This document shows, piece by piece, positions 63,992 through 64,000 of a DNA stretch of 64,000 nucleotides. The stretch covers positions 67,580,001 to 67,644,000 of the forward strand of contig CM060732.1 in assembly GCA_030704615.1 (NCBI GenBank). The letters are read 5' to 3'. Source of the DNA: Takakia lepidozioides (Eukaryota > Plantae > Bryophyta). Every line of letters begins with the position of its first letter. Position 1 is the stretch's first letter. A program made the translations under genes and the position numbers. The notes below the pieces were generated by a model. The model saw only the letters and a program-made list of their open reading frames with translations. It was not told the DNA's origin and searched no databases.

Positions 63992-64000
63992 CTTGCCCCG

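Larger units (their letters stand above)
58544..64000 (-). mobile_element. Ty3/gypsy LTR retrotransposon with domain order C5-DNA methyltransferase, RT, RNase H, integrase, PHD; 5' part outside the window
   Basis: RT (RMCGDYRPVN, LDLRSGYHQ, LPFGLKNAP, YIDD), RNase H (HTDWS, YEGECLA, TDHQPL, ADGLS), integrase (HEELGH...CMVC, SLDFAG, TDQG, AER), PPT and LTR. The RT-RH-IN order is gypsy. Confidence 0.95.

Overview
Eukaryotic plant nuclear DNA, most likely a bryophyte (moss-like; inferred from the SOSEKI zinc-finger type, the long PLS-class PPR gene and the repeat families). About 1-48 kb holds intron-containing host genes: SOSEKI, RPL22, a small coiled-coil protein, EXO1 plus a decayed partial copy, a PLS-E PPR gene preceded by OSB-type PDF-motif exons, an intronless gamma-CA-like gene and an aleurain/cathepsin H-like protease. 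A repeat-rich block at about 7-21 kb interrupts these genes and contains tRNA-derived SINEs, long inverted and direct repeats, and CACTA and ankyrin-PGG fragments. From about 53.8 kb to the end is a nest of transposons. A CACTA-type terminus is followed by an FCP1/NIF-phosphatase-like ORF and a SWIM-finger transposase, and a Ty3/gypsy LTR retrotransposon has inserted into that transposase. The main finding is that this retrotransposon's pol frame carries a C5 cytosine DNA methyltransferase domain with all catalytic motifs, upstream of RT-RNaseH-integrase, and ends in a PHD finger. The element therefore encodes both a chromatin writer and a reader. A single in-frame TAG in a CAR-YYA readthrough context separates the methyltransferase from RT. 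All calls come from reading motifs by eye; no searches were run, and some exon boundaries are approximate.
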